From Candidatus Latescibacterota bacterium (lineage in GTDB: Bacteria > Latescibacterota > UBA2968 > GCA-2709665), in contig CAXXXF010000015.1 of NCBI GenBank assembly GCA_963667175.2, positions 704,001 to 768,000 on the forward strand: a DNA stretch of 64,000 nt, read 5' to 3'. How positions within the stretch are numbered: position 1 is the stretch's first letter; the number at the start of each line of letters is the position of its first letter. Position numbers and translations under genes: made by a program. Of the stretch, positions 38,709 to 49,201 are shown piece after piece. The notes under the pieces are model-generated. The model did not search any database. It had not been told where the DNA came from and was given only the letters and a program-made list of their open reading frames with translations.

Positions 38709-40283
38709 ATGTCCAGCCCGGAACGACGTTTTGTCGCCCTGGTCATCCTCGACGGCTGGGGCCTTTCTACCAACGAGGACCACAACGCGGTCGCGCTAGC
38801 CGATACGCCGGCGATGGACCGGATCGGCGCGATGTACCCGTCCACGACCCTGCAGACCTGTGGGCGCAGCGTCGGTCTGCCCGACGGATTGATCGGCAAC
38901 TCCGAAGTGGGGCATCTCAACCTGGGCGCCGGGCGTGTCGTGGCGCAGGCCGTCACCCGGATCGACGACAGGGTGAGGGACGGGGGCTTTTCGCGGAACG
39001 AGTCGCTGCTCGCGTCGATGGACCGGGTTGCCGGTACCGATCGACGGCTCCATCTGATCGGACTTGTGTCCGACGGGGGGGTGCATTCCTGGCCCAACCA
39101 CTACAACGGACTGCTCAAAATGGCCGCCGGCCGCCGGCTGAAGCCGGACCAGGTCTGCGTCCACGCGTGGCTCGACGGGCGTGACACGCCCCCCAGGAGC
39201 GGTATCCGCCATCTGGCCGCCCTGGTCGAGATGTGCGAGTCGGCGGGCGTGGGCGGAATTGCCACGGTTTGCGGCCGCTACTTCGCCATGGACCGGGACC
39301 GGCGCTGGGACCGTGTTCGTTCGGCCTACGACGCTATGACACTCGGCCGCGGGGCGCCCGCAAGGGACCCACTCGAGGCCCTCCAGGGCGCGTACGATCG
39401 TAACGAGACGGACGAGTTCGTCAAGCCGATCATAATCGAGGGCCCGGATGCGGGGCCGCCGGCCACCATCGGGAACGACGACTCCGTGCTTTGCTTCAAT
39501 TTTCGGGGCGATCGGGGCCGGCAGATCACACGCGCGTTCGTGCTTCCGGATTTCGACGGGTTTGAGCGGGCAGTACACCCCGGGGCACACTATACGTGCC
39601 TCACGCGTTACGAAGCCGGCCTGCCCGTGGACGGGGTCGCGTTTTCACCCGGGGACCTGGCCCAGGAAATGCCGGACGTCTGCGGGAAGACGCTGAGCGA
39701 AGCCGGTCTCCGGCAGTTGCGCATTGCCGAAACCGAGAAATACGCACACGTCACCTATTTCTTCAACGGCCAGCGGGAGGAACCCTTCGGAGGCGAAACG
39801 CGTATTCTGGTCCCGTCGCCCAGGGACGTGACCACGTACGACTTCAAGCCCGAAATGAGCGCGCGGACCGTCACCGGGAAATTCGTCGACGCGATCCGCT
39901 CGCGGCGGTTCGACGCCGCCATCTGCAATTTCGCGAATCCCGATATGGTCGGTCATACCGGTGACCTGGGCGCGGCCGTCAAAGCCGTGACGACCGTAGA
40001 CCGGTGTCTGGGGCAGGTCCTATCAGCCATCGCGGAAGTCGGCGGCGCCGCCATCGTTACGGCGGACCACGGCAACGCCGAACAGATGATTCACGACCGA
40101 ACCCGGGAGCCCCACACCGCCCATACAGCCAATCCCGTGCCATTTGTCCTTGTCGATCCCGGGTTCCGTGGAAGGCTCAGGGACGGCGGCCGGCTCTGCG
40201 ACGTTGCGCCCACCTTTCTGGGCGTACTCGGGCTTCTGAAGCCGGAAGCCATGACGGGAGACGACCTCAGAAAGATGGCCTGA
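38709..40283 (+). CDS. gpmI: 2,3-bisphosphoglycerate-independent phosphoglycerate mutase
   Basis: ILDGWG, GNSEVGH, SDGGVHS, AETEKYAHVT, NPDMVGHTG, TADHGNAE. Confidence 0.96.
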   Translation: MSSPERRFVALVILDGWGLSTNEDHNAVALADTPAMDRIGAMYPSTTLQTCGRSVGLPDGLIGNSEVGHLNLGAGRVVAQAVTRIDDRVRDGGFSRNESLLASMDRVAGTDRRLHLIGLVSDGGVHSWPNHYNGLLKMAAGRRLKPDQVCVHAWLDGRDTPPRSGIRHLAALVEMCESAGVGGIATVCGRYFAMDRDRRWDRVRSAYDAMTLGRGAPARDPLEALQGAYDRNETDEFVKPIIIEGPDAGPPATIGNDDSVLCFNFRGDRGRQITRAFVLPDFDGFERAVHPGAHYTCLTRYEAGLPVDGVAFSPGDLAQEMPDVCGKTLSEAGLRQLRIAETEKYAHVTYFFNGQREEPFGGETRILVPSPRDVTTYDFKPEMSARTVTGKFVDAIRSRRFDAAICNFANPDMVGHTGDLGAAVKAVTTVDRCLGQVLSAIAEVGGAAIVTADHGNAEQMIHDRTREPHTAHTANPVPFVLVDPGFRGRLRDGGRLCDVAPTFLGVLGLLKPEAMTGDDLRKMA

Positions 40284-40327
40284 AAACCGCTCAGCGCCCC
40301 GATGCGGCGCCCCTATGAGGAGACGCC

Positions 40328-41491
40328 ATGAAGATCCACGAATACCAGGCCAAGGAAATCCTCAAATCGTTTGACGTTCCCGTACCCGACGGCCGCCTTG
40401 CCACCACGGCCGACGAGGCCGGAAGCGCGGCGGCCGAACTCGGCGGCGCCGTCGTCGTCAAGGCCCAGATTCACGCCGGCGGCAGGGGCAAGGGAGGGGG
40501 GATCAAACTCGCCCGGAGCCCGGACGAGGCCCGCGAAGTTGCAGGGGACATGCTCGGACGGAATCTGGTGACGCCCCAGACGGGCGCCGAAGGGCAGAAC
40601 GTCAAGCAGGTGTGGATCGAAAGCGCCATCGATATCGCCCGGGAACTCTACCTGGGCGTGGTGTTGGACCGGGACCAGTCCAGACTGGTCATCATGGCTT
40701 CCAGCGAGGGTGGCATGGATATCGAAGAAGTGGCCGCCGCCATGCCGGAAAAAATCCTCAGGGAGACCGTCGACCCGGCGGTCGGGCTTCAGCCCTTTCG
40801 GGCTCGCCGGCTTGCCTTCGGCCTCGGTCTGGAGGGCGGGGCGTTCAAGCAGGGCGTGCGGTTTATCGACCGCCTCCACGCCGCCTACGTCGGCGCCGAC
40901 TGTTCACTGGCCGAAATCAACCCCCTCGTGGTGACCGCCGACGACAACCTGGTGGCCCTGGACGCCAAAATGAACTTCGACGACAACGCGCTCTTCCGCC
41001 ACGGAGACATTCGGAAACTCCGCGACACCGACGAGGAAGACCCTCTGGAAGTGGACGCCTCGGAATTCGACCTCAATTACATCAAGCTCGACGGCGAGGT
41101 CGGCTGCATGGTCAACGGCGCCGGTCTGGCCATGGCCACCATGGATATCGTCAAGCACGCGGGATCGTCCCCCGCCAATTTCCTGGACGTGGGCGGGGGC
41201 GCCAACGTGGAACGGGTGGAGAACGCCTTCCGGATCCTGCTTTCGGACGCCGGCGTCAGGGCCGTGCTCATCAATATTTTCGGCGGTATCGTGCGTTGCG
41301 ACCGGGTTGCCGAGGGCGTGGTCCAGGCGTTGGGGAATGTCTCGGCAGACCTGCCGATCGTAGTGCGCCTGCAGGGGACCAACGCCGAGGAGGGCGCCCG
41401 AATTCTGGAGAACTCGGACCTGAAATTCACCGTCGCCCGCGAGTTGAGGGAAGCGGCGGAAGCGGTTGTGGCAGCGGTTCGGGGACAGTGA
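40328..41491 (+). CDS. sucC: Succinate-CoA ligase beta subunit
   Basis: MKIHEYQAK, GGRGKGGG, EINPL, NGAGLAMATMD, NIFGGIVRCD. Confidence 0.96.
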   Translation: MKIHEYQAKEILKSFDVPVPDGRLATTADEAGSAAAELGGAVVVKAQIHAGGRGKGGGIKLARSPDEAREVAGDMLGRNLVTPQTGAEGQNVKQVWIESAIDIARELYLGVVLDRDQSRLVIMASSEGGMDIEEVAAAMPEKILRETVDPAVGLQPFRARRLAFGLGLEGGAFKQGVRFIDRLHAAYVGADCSLAEINPLVVTADDNLVALDAKMNFDDNALFRHGDIRKLRDTDEEDPLEVDASEFDLNYIKLDGEVGCMVNGAGLAMATMDIVKHAGSSPANFLDVGGGANVERVENAFRILLSDAGVRAVLINIFGGIVRCDRVAEGVVQALGNVSADLPIVVRLQGTNAEEGARILENSDLKFTVARELREAAEAVVAAVRGQ

Positions 41492-41651
41492 AGAGAATGG
41501 CCAAATGGCTGCATTCTTTGCAGCCAACCCTTTTTGTATATGCCAAAATGGCATATATGTGCAAAAATAGCAGAATTCAGACGAGCCCGGTCCAGGCACT
41601 GGAATTAGTATCTACTTGTTTTTAATATATTTCGCTAGAATTCGCCGTCTA

Positions 41652-41667
41652 TGGTACTCATGTTGCT
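41652..41667 (+). promoter_or_regulatory. Putative sigma54 (-24/-12) promoter
   Basis: TGGTAC-N5-TTGCT, 57 bp before the zinc-ribbon/dnaK genes. Confidence 0.55.
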
Positions 41668-41724
41668 TCAATTGGGTTGTTGGTCCTATCAAGAATCGGA
41701 AGCCTAAAGAACAGGAAGCCCCTT

Positions 41725-42018
41725 ATGCCCACGTATGATTACGTTTGTGAAGCGTGCAGCCATGAATTCGAGCATTTTCAGAGCATTACGTCGTCTCCAC
41801 TGCGCAAATGCCCGGAATGCGGCGAACGAAAACTGAAGCGGCTCATCGGCGCCGGAGCGGGACTCCTCTTCAAGGGCTCGGGTTTCTACGTTACCGACTA
41901 CCGGAGCGAAGGATATAAGCAGGCCGCGAAAAAAGACGCCCCGAAAGACAAGAAGAAGGAATCGAAAGACAAGGGCAGCAGCGGCGCAAAGTCCAAAAGC
42001 AAGGAAAAAGCGGCATAA
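41725..42018 (+). CDS. FmdB family zinc-ribbon protein
   Basis: [11 protein letters not shown]...CPECG...[11 protein letters not shown]. Confidence 0.9.
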   Translation: MPTYDYVCEACSHEFEHFQSITSSPLRKCPECGERKLKRLIGAGAGLLFKGSGFYVTDYRSEGYKQAAKKDAPKDKKKESKDKGSSGAKSKSKEKAA

Positions 42019-42052
42019 ATCAAGCCGGAATCGACAGAAAGGAAAACAACCA

Positions 42053-43972
42053 ATGGGCAAAGTTATCGGAATCGATCTCGGGACGACCAACTCCTGCGTG
42101 GCCGTGATGGAGGGAGGCGATCCCGTCGTGATTCCCAATGCCGAAGGCGGGCGCACCACGCCGTCGGTCATCGCGTTCACCAAGGACGACGAGCGCCTCG
42201 TCGGTCAGGTTGCGAAACGGCAGGCCGTGACGAACCCGCAAAACACCGTCTATTCCATCAAACGCTTCATGGGCAGGCGCTACGAGGAAGTGCCCAACGA
42301 AATCGAAGAAGTGCCCTACGAGGTCCAGAGGGAGAGCAATGGTCTTGCGACCGCAAAACTAGGCGACAAGACGTACACGCCCCCCGAGATCTCGGCCATG
42401 GTCCTCCAGAAAATGAAGCAGACGGCCGAAGAATACCTGGGCGAGACCGTTACGGACGCCGTGATCACGGTCCCGGCCTACTTTAACGACGCACAGCGCA
42501 AAGCCACCACGGACGCGGGAAAGATCGCCGGCCTGGAGGTAAAGCGAATCGTCAACGAACCCACGGCCGCGTCATTGGCCTACGGCCTGGACAAGAAAAG
42601 CGACGAGATCATTGCGGTCTACGATCTGGGAGGCGGTACGTTCGACATTTCCATTCTGGAATTGGGCGACGGCGTATTCGAAGTCAAGTCCACCAACGGG
42701 GATACCCACCTGGGCGGGGACGACTTCGATCAGCGCATCATCGATTGGCTCGCGGACGAGTTCCATCAGGAGAACAACATCGACCTGCGCAATGACCCGA
42801 TGGCGCTGCAGCGCCTGAAGGAAGCGGCCGAAAAAGCCAAATGCGAGCTGTCCAGTTCCCTTCAGACGGACGTCAACCTGCCTTTTGTCACTGCCGACGC
42901 GTCAGGCCCAAAGCATATGAACCTGACTCTGTCCAGGGCCAAATTCGAGCAACTCGTGGAAGACCTGGTCGAACGCACCAAGAGGCCGTGTGCCCAGGCA
43001 ATCAAGGACGCGGGCCTGTCGCCGTCCGAGATCAACGAGGTCATTCTGGTTGGCGGCAGCACCCGGATTCCCAAAGTTCACGAGGCGGTGAAGGAACTCT
43101 TCGGCAAAGATCCGAACCGGGGCGTAAACCCCGACGAAGTGGTCGCGGTGGGCGCCGCGATCCAGGCCGGCGTACTTTCGGGCGACGTCAAAGACGTGGT
43201 GCTTCTGGACGTGACCCCGCTGTCCCTCGGCATCGAGACGCTGGGCGGCGTGATGACGAAGCTCATCGATCGCAACACCACCATTCCAACCAGGAAATCC
43301 CAGGTATTCACAACCGCTGCCGACAGCCAGCCTTCGGTCGAGGTGCACGTGCTCCAGGGCGAAAGGGAAATGTCGGTTGACAACCGTACCATCGGCCGGT
43401 TCCACCTGGACGGCATCCCGCCCGCGCCCCGCGGAACCCCCCAGATCGAAGTCAGTTTCGACATCGACGCCAACGGGATCATGAACGTCTCCGCCAAAGA
43501 CATGGGCACAAACAAGGAACAGAGCATCCGGATCGAGGCCTCATCGGGCCTGTCCGACGCCGAAATCGATCGGATGGTCAGCGACGCCAAGGAAAACGCC
43601 GCCGAAGACAAGAAGCGGCGCGAAGGCATCGAAGTTCGGAACCAGGCGGATCAGCAGGTTTACCAGACCGAAAAGCAACTCGGCGAAATGGGCGATAAAG
43701 TCAGCGACGACGCCAGGGCCAAGGTGCAGGCCGCGGTGGACCGGGTGAAGGAAACGCTCAAGGGCGAGAACCCGGACGAAATCAAGGCCGCTACTGAAGC
43801 GCTTACCCAGCAGTGGCACCAGGTGGCGAGCGAACTCTATGCGCAGGCCTCCCAGCCGGGACCGGAGGCCGGGGCTCCGGGTGGTCCGGAGCAGCCCGCC
43901 GGCGAGCAGAAGAAAGACGACGGCGTCGTCGACGCCGAATATGAAGTGGTGGATGACGACAAAAAGAAGTAA
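42053..43972 (+). CDS. dnaK: Chaperone DnaK
   Basis: [33 protein letters not shown]. Confidence 0.98.
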   Translation: MGKVIGIDLGTTNSCVAVMEGGDPVVIPNAEGGRTTPSVIAFTKDDERLVGQVAKRQAVTNPQNTVYSIKRFMGRRYEEVPNEIEEVPYEVQRESNGLATAKLGDKTYTPPEISAMVLQKMKQTAEEYLGETVTDAVITVPAYFNDAQRKATTDAGKIAGLEVKRIVNEPTAASLAYGLDKKSDEIIAVYDLGGGTFDISILELGDGVFEVKSTNGDTHLGGDDFDQRIIDWLADEFHQENNIDLRNDPMALQRLKEAAEKAKCELSSSLQTDVNLPFVTADASGPKHMNLTLSRAKFEQLVEDLVERTKRPCAQAIKDAGLSPSEINEVILVGGSTRIPKVHEAVKELFGKDPNRGVNPDEVVAVGAAIQAGVLSGDVKDVVLLDVTPLSLGIETLGGVMTKLIDRNTTIPTRKSQVFTTAADSQPSVEVHVLQGEREMSVDNRTIGRFHLDGIPPAPRGTPQIEVSFDIDANGIMNVSAKDMGTNKEQSIRIEASSGLSDAEIDRMVSDAKENAAEDKKRREGIEVRNQADQQVYQTEKQLGEMGDKVSDDARAKVQAAVDRVKETLKGENPDEIKAATEALTQQWHQVASELYAQASQPGPEAGAPGGPEQPAGEQKKDDGVVDAEYEVVDDDKKK

Positions 43973-43988
43973 TCCACGTCGGGAAGAG

Positions 43989-44031
43989 AAAAGCGGAGGC
44001 GATCCCAATGGGATCGCCTCCGCTTTTTTTT
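43989..44031 (+). terminator. Rho-independent terminator after dnaK
   Basis: AAAAGCGGAGGCGATCCCA-TGGGATCGCCTCCGC followed by a T-run. Confidence 0.9.
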
Positions 44032-44099
44032 CATCTCCAGCCACCCCGTTTCATGATACCTCTTAGAATCTGCCCCACCCTCTAAATTCCCCTTTTCCC

Positions 44100-44250
44100 C
44101 TGCCCTTTTTCTTGCTTCGCCCCAGGAAAAAGGGCGAAAAAGAAGGGCGCCTGTCTGCCGGCCAGGCAGGCGCAGGCAGGCCGCTCCAACGCCGCGGGGC
44201 TGCTTTTCTCCCCCTCGCCCTCCGGGAGAGGGGGTCGAGGGGAGAGGTCC
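44100..44250. repeat. Cluster of short palindromic repeat-like elements
   Basis: GCCCTTTTTC..GAAAAAGGGC; CCTGTCTGCCGGCCAGGCAGG; CCCCTCGCCCTCCGGGAGAGGGGG. Confidence 0.45.
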
Positions 44251-44264
44251 CGCGCCTATCGACG

Positions 44265-44498
44265 TCAACTCTCGAGTTGCCGCGTGGAGAAGAGCGCCCA
44301 CGCCCGCTCGCGCGCCGCTGCCGCATCCTTCGGCTCATTCAGCTTGTACTCGAACCGGAGCCGCCGCTTACCTCTCACGACCTCAAAGACGTCGACGAGC
44401 CAGAAGTCGCCGTCATATCTGGCATTCAGGATAAACTCGCGCTTCTCGTGGCGAACAACCACAACCGGCTCCGGCTTCGAAGATTCGCGTTCGGCGAT
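44265..44498 (-). CDS. Small hypothetical protein (start uncertain)
   Basis: Protein-like stretch VVVVRHEKREFILNARYDGDFWLVDVFEV in the gap after the dioxygenase gene. Confidence 0.35.
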   Translation of the reverse strand: MAERESSKPEPVVVVRHEKREFILNARYDGDFWLVDVFEVVRGKRRLRFEYKLNEPKDAAAARERAWALFSTRQLES

Positions 44499-44544
44499 AG
44501 CTCTCAGGCGCCCTGATCCGACGTCCAAAGGCCGTCGCGCCGGG

Positions 44545-45363
44545 CTACCAGCGATCCACGCCCAGCAGCTTCCGACCAAGCGGCGTCAACCGCGCAGTTT
44601 CGCCTTCCAGGTGTTCCTTTTCCTTCCGGTTCTTGCCCAGCCCCGTAAGGCGTTCACGCCATCCCTCGATGCGGCTCTGCCGATGGGATTCGTCGTCGTC
44701 CCTGGCCGGCGTCATCGTAATGTATTGCACAATGCGCGGCCGTTCGGCCGAGTTCGGACTGCTTCCATGGGGCAACAGACTGTTCCAGATGACGAGGTCG
44801 CCCTCCCTGCCGGCGATCGGCGTCGCCAGATGCCCGAATTCCGCCTGCATCCGCGTCCGGGGGTCGTCCTCGTCCGACAGCGTCTCGAGCCATTCGGCAA
44901 TTCGACGGTGGAAGCCGGGGACGCACGTGAACGCGCCCTGGTTCGCCGCTGTATCCGACAGATACAGCACCCCCTGCACCATGAAGCGAGAAGGGTCGTC
45001 CAGCGAGATATCCCAATGCAGATAGGGTCCCTTGAAGGCAAATCCGGGTCGTTCCGGCGGATTCAGACTCGTCCTGTCAAAACTCACCCAGAGCTTCTCG
45101 GTCCCCCAGACGTCCGCAAACGCCCGGTGGACCCTTGGGTGCTGCCGGTTGTTCCACAGCGCCTGGTGCTGGTACATTTCGACCATGATTCCGGGCCTCG
45201 GCGGGTCCGGGTACCACGTCTCCGCGTCTTCGGAGTCCATGCCCAGAAACGCCCACACAGCCCGTTCGGCTTCGCGACAGTTCTCCGGCGGAACCGCCCT
45301 TGGCGCCACAACGTATCCGTTTTCCTTCCAGAATTCCATAGCCCCGGCGTCGAGAACTGCCAT
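44545..45363 (-). CDS. Phytanoyl-CoA dioxygenase (PhyH) family protein
   Basis: WKENGYVV, LHWD, GAFTCVPGFH, GDLVIWNSLLPHG, PRIVQY. Confidence 0.88.
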   Translation of the reverse strand: MAVLDAGAMEFWKENGYVVAPRAVPPENCREAERAVWAFLGMDSEDAETWYPDPPRPGIMVEMYQHQALWNNRQHPRVHRAFADVWGTEKLWVSFDRTSLNPPERPGFAFKGPYLHWDISLDDPSRFMVQGVLYLSDTAANQGAFTCVPGFHRRIAEWLETLSDEDDPRTRMQAEFGHLATPIAGREGDLVIWNSLLPHGSSPNSAERPRIVQYITMTPARDDDESHRQSRIEGWRERLTGLGKNRKEKEHLEGETARLTPLGRKLLGVDRW

Positions 45364-45693
45364 GTCAACCTCCCTCATCGAATGGAACGGGAGAAAAATC
45401 CCGGTGGATTTCCAGGTGATAACGCGCGGTCCCGAATATGCTGCTGGAACGAAACCTGTCAAGTCATTTCGATTTGCCAATGGGACTCAGGAGGACAATG
45501 CGGGCGACGATCGGACCGGTGGTCTCCGTAACCTCTTTTTTATGTGGATAATATGTCGATCTTGTATATATTTCCTTGTTGGCACGGGCCGGTCCGTCCA
45601 ACAGGTACCGATGCCTCCGAAGCGGTTCGAAACACGGGCCCGCATTGTCGCCAGAGGGGTTGCTGAAGCTGAATTTCTCCTGAGATTCCGATC

Positions 45694-46131
45694 ATGACGG
45701 TCCGGAAAGTCAAATTCATCTCGGTTTTCGCGGTCATCGTCGCCAGCCTGATTCTCCTGGTTGTTGCCAGTTCTCAGAAGATGGCGATGTATTACCTTAC
45801 CGTTTCCGAGCTGGAAGCCCGTGAGACCGAACTTGTGAATAGACGCATCAAGCTCGCGGGCAAGGTCGCTCCCGGCACCATCCGGAAGGGTCCGGACCGT
45901 AACGTCGAGTTTCAGATCTGGGAACCGCTGGATGGCGCCGCGTTCTCCGCCAAACGAACGGTGGTATACGCGGGAATCGTGCCTGACACGTTCCGCGATG
46001 AAGCCGACGTGGTCCTGGAAGGCGAAGTCGGCGCGAACGGCCTCTTTCGAGCAGACACCCTGTTGGCCAAATGCCCCTCCAAATACGAGGGCCAATCTTA
46101 CGACGAAATCAAGAAAGCCTATAGCAGATAA
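45694..46131 (+). CDS. ccmE: Cytochrome c maturation heme chaperone, CxxxY variant
   Basis: YYLTVSE, YAGIVPDTF, LLAKCPSKY. Confidence 0.92.
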   Translation: MTVRKVKFISVFAVIVASLILLVVASSQKMAMYYLTVSELEARETELVNRRIKLAGKVAPGTIRKGPDRNVEFQIWEPLDGAAFSAKRTVVYAGIVPDTFRDEADVVLEGEVGANGLFRADTLLAKCPSKYEGQSYDEIKKAYSR

Positions 46132-46236
46132 CATCCATCCAGTGTTCTGACCCGCTGAAAGATCCTCGAATGGCAGCACGTCTCCTCAACAGGACACCGG
46201 GAAAGACCGGTCATCCGATGCCCCGCGGCTCCAGCA

Positions 46237-48219
46237 ATGGCTGAAATCGGCAACTTTTTCATCTGGTTCTCATTGGTCACCTCCCTCTACGCGGCGGTGT
46301 CCGGTGTTCTGGCCGGTCGGACCGGCAGGCTGAATCTCACGCTCAGCACGGAACGCGCGGTCGCCGCCACGTTCGTTATGGTTCTGGGGGCCTTCGGCCT
46401 GCTGGAGTACTTTTTCCTCAACGACCGTTTCGACCTCCACTACGTGGCCGGCCATTCCAGCCGCGACCTGCCGACGCCCTATAAGTTCACCGCCGTATGG
46501 TCGGGCATGGAGGGCTCGCTCCTCCTCTGGGCCTTCATTCTGGCCGGCTTCAATTTCCTCGCCACGCGAAATACCCGGAGGTTCCGCGGGCCGCTGGCCT
46601 CCTACGCGACCGTTGTGATGTCGCTCACCCAGGTCTTTTTCCTCGTCCTGATCGGATATTGGGAGAATCCGTTCCGCGAACTCGGCTTCACGGCCCCCGA
46701 CGGGCAGGGCATGAATCCGCTGCTGGTCCATCCGGCCATGGCCATTCACCCTCCCATGCTGTATCTCGGCTACGTGGGATTCATCGTACCGTATGCGTTT
46801 GCAATGGCCGCGCTTCTGAGCCGGCAGGTGGACGAAGAGTGGATCCGCACCACCCGCCGCTGGACCATCTGGCCATGGTTTTTCCTTGGCACAGGGCAGC
46901 TCCTGGGCGGCAACTGGGCCTACGTGGTCCTCGGATGGGGCGGATATTGGGGTTGGGACCCGGTTGAAAACGCCGCGCTGCTTCCCTGGCTCACGGGCAC
47001 CGCGTTCCTGCATTCGGTCATGATCCAGGAAAAGAAGGGGATGCTCAAAGTCTGGAACATGGCGCTGATCATCCTCACCTTTACGCTGTGCATCTATGGC
47101 ACCTTCCTGACCCGCAGCGGCCTGGTTTCCTCCGTGCATGCGTTCGCCCAGTCGCCGATCGGCAGCGTGTTCCTCTATTTCCTCGCAGTCATCGTGGTCT
47201 TTTCCGCCGCCATCCTATGGCAGCGGCGGCCATTGCTCAAGAGCGGGAACGAGTACGAATCTCCCGTCTCCCGGGAAGGGGGCTTCCTTCTCAACAATCT
47301 CCTGTTTCTTACGGCCACTTTTGCGGTGTTCTGGGGCGTCATGTTCCCGGTGCTTTCGGAAGCCGTCACCGGCACAAAGGTCACCGTGGGCCCGCCCTTT
47401 TTCAGCACCGTAATGACGCCCATAGGCCTTCTTCTTCTTCTTCTGACGGGTGTGGGCCCGCTGCTGGCCTGGCGCAAGACGTCGGCGCGCAGCCTGAAAA
47501 AGCACTTCACCGGACCTGGCATCTTCGGTCTCTTCTGCGGCGCCGTCGCATTCGCCCTCGGGGCGCGCGAAACGTACGCGTTGATCTCCTTTACGCTGTG
47601 CGGGTTCGTGACGGGCGCCATCGCCAGCGAGTTTCACAGAGGCGCGAAGGCGCGGGGAAGCAGTTCAAACGAGCCGTATCTCAAGGCGCTCTGGTCTCTC
47701 ACCGTGCGAAACCGCCGCCGTTACGGTGGTTATATCGTCCACTTCGGCGTTGTGCTTCTCTTTTTCGGATTCACGGGAAATGCCTTCAACCGGGAAATCG
47801 AGGCGGGATTGAAGCATGGCGAGTCCGCGACCATCGGCAATTACCGTCTCGTCTACGAAGGCAGTTCCCAGAGCCGGAATCCGCTCACTGTCGTGATCCA
47901 GACCCAGCTTGGCGTGTACCAGGGAGACCGGCGTCTGGGGACGATGTGGCCGGAGCAGCACGTTTACTACAAACGAAAGGACCAGCAGCGAACGACGGAA
48001 GTCGCCGTCCGTTCCAGCCTGCGCGAAGACCTGTACGTCTTATATGAGGGGCGGGATCCGGACGGCGCCGCCCTGTTCAGAATCTACGTCAATCCCCTGG
48101 TGATGTGGGTCTGGATCGGCGCGTGGGTCCTCACCTTCGGGACGGTAATCGCCATCCTGCCGGACAAGCGGGAGCGTCTCAGACGCGGACGAAACGTTGG
48201 CCTTCCCGCCGCATCCTGA
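46237..48219 (+). CDS. ccmF: Cytochrome c heme lyase subunit
   Basis: EGSLLLW, IHPPMLYLGY, WGGYWGWDPVENA, TRSG..SVHAF. Confidence 0.95.
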   Translation: MAEIGNFFIWFSLVTSLYAAVSGVLAGRTGRLNLTLSTERAVAATFVMVLGAFGLLEYFFLNDRFDLHYVAGHSSRDLPTPYKFTAVWSGMEGSLLLWAFILAGFNFLATRNTRRFRGPLASYATVVMSLTQVFFLVLIGYWENPFRELGFTAPDGQGMNPLLVHPAMAIHPPMLYLGYVGFIVPYAFAMAALLSRQVDEEWIRTTRRWTIWPWFFLGTGQLLGGNWAYVVLGWGGYWGWDPVENAALLPWLTGTAFLHSVMIQEKKGMLKVWNMALIILTFTLCIYGTFLTRSGLVSSVHAFAQSPIGSVFLYFLAVIVVFSAAILWQRRPLLKSGNEYESPVSREGGFLLNNLLFLTATFAVFWGVMFPVLSEAVTGTKVTVGPPFFSTVMTPIGLLLLLLTGVGPLLAWRKTSARSLKKHFTGPGIFGLFCGAVAFALGARETYALISFTLCGFVTGAIASEFHRGAKARGSSSNEPYLKALWSLTVRNRRRYGGYIVHFGVVLLFFGFTGNAFNREIEAGLKHGESATIGNYRLVYEGSSQSRNPLTVVIQTQLGVYQGDRRLGTMWPEQHVYYKRKDQQRTTEVAVRSSLREDLYVLYEGRDPDGAALFRIYVNPLVMWVWIGAWVLTFGTVIAILPDKRERLRRGRNVGLPAAS

Positions 48220-48284
48220 AAGGGTACGGTCTGAAAGACAATAGACAATCAGCTGCGTATCGAAGGCGGGCGAAGCCCGGCGGC

Positions 48285-48776
48285 GTGTGTCTCCGGCTCT
48301 CCGCTTTCCGCGCGCGGACTATCTTTCCGGCATTTCTGATTCTCTCGCTTGCATTCTCCGTGTCCGCGGAGGTGACGCAGGAACGGGTGAGGGAGGTGGC
48401 AAAGGGCCTCGCCTGTCTCTGCGGCGACTGCCCTCGCCGTCCGCTGGACGAATGTTCCTGCGGCTGGGCGGATCGAAAGCGAGCACGTATTGCCGCAGCT
48501 CTGCAAGCCGGGCAGGACAAAGAGGCCATCGTTGCCGGGTTCGTGGCGGAATTCGGCCAGGAAGTTTTCGTCACCCCCCCGGCCGAGGGCTTCAATCTTT
48601 CCGCGTGGATCATGCCCGTCATCGCCTTGCTGCTTGGCGCCATCGTGGTGTGGGCCGTGTTGCGTAACTGGTCGAGGCATCGTGCCGCTCTCGCAACACC
48701 ACATGTCCCGGAAACAGAGGCGGACGATCCATATAGATCGAGGCTGGAGCAGGAACTCCGGGAGCGGGAACTGTGA
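48285..48776 (+). CDS. ccmH: CcmH-like thiol-redox protein (start uncertain)
   Basis: Signal peptide, LACLCGDC...ECSC, FVAEFG..V...PP..GFN..AW.MP transmembrane segment. Confidence 0.75.
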   Translation: MCLRLSAFRARTIFPAFLILSLAFSVSAEVTQERVREVAKGLACLCGDCPRRPLDECSCGWADRKRARIAAALQAGQDKEAIVAGFVAEFGQEVFVTPPAEGFNLSAWIMPVIALLLGAIVVWAVLRNWSRHRAALATPHVPETEADDPYRSRLEQELREREL

Positions 48777-49201
48777 GCGTCGGGGTCTGCATCGTCGTTG
48801 TCACGGCCGTTTTCATCTTTGTGTTCCGCCCGTTCATGACCACGCGTGGTCGGGTCGGACATGCGGATGCGGGGTGCGGTGACAAAAAACGGCTCGTTGA
48901 AGACAGAGAGGTCCTGTATGATACCATCCGTGAACTCGACTTCGATTACCGCATGGGAAAGGTGGAAGAAGACGACTATCGCGCGACCCGCTCGCGCTTT
49001 GGGAGCCGGGCGGTTGAACTGATAAAGGCGATCGAGGAAACCGACGCTCCCGCGCCGGGAATCGAGGATCGTATCGAACGGGAAATCGCCGCCGTGAGAA
49101 AGAAGGACACCGCCACCTGCGCCCGGTGCGGAAGCACGACGCCCGCAGGCGCCCGCTTTTGTCCGCAATGCGGCAAAGCCCTCGCGGAATCTCGTCCATG
49201 A
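48773..49201 (+). CDS. Membrane-anchored CcmI-N-like protein with double zinc ribbon
   Basis: N-terminal TM, IRELDFDYRMGKVEEDDY, CARCG...FCPQCG. Confidence 0.7.
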   Translation: MSVGVCIVVVTAVFIFVFRPFMTTRGRVGHADAGCGDKKRLVEDREVLYDTIRELDFDYRMGKVEEDDYRATRSRFGSRAVELIKAIEETDAPAPGIEDRIEREIAAVRKKDTATCARCGSTTPAGARFCPQCGKALAESRP

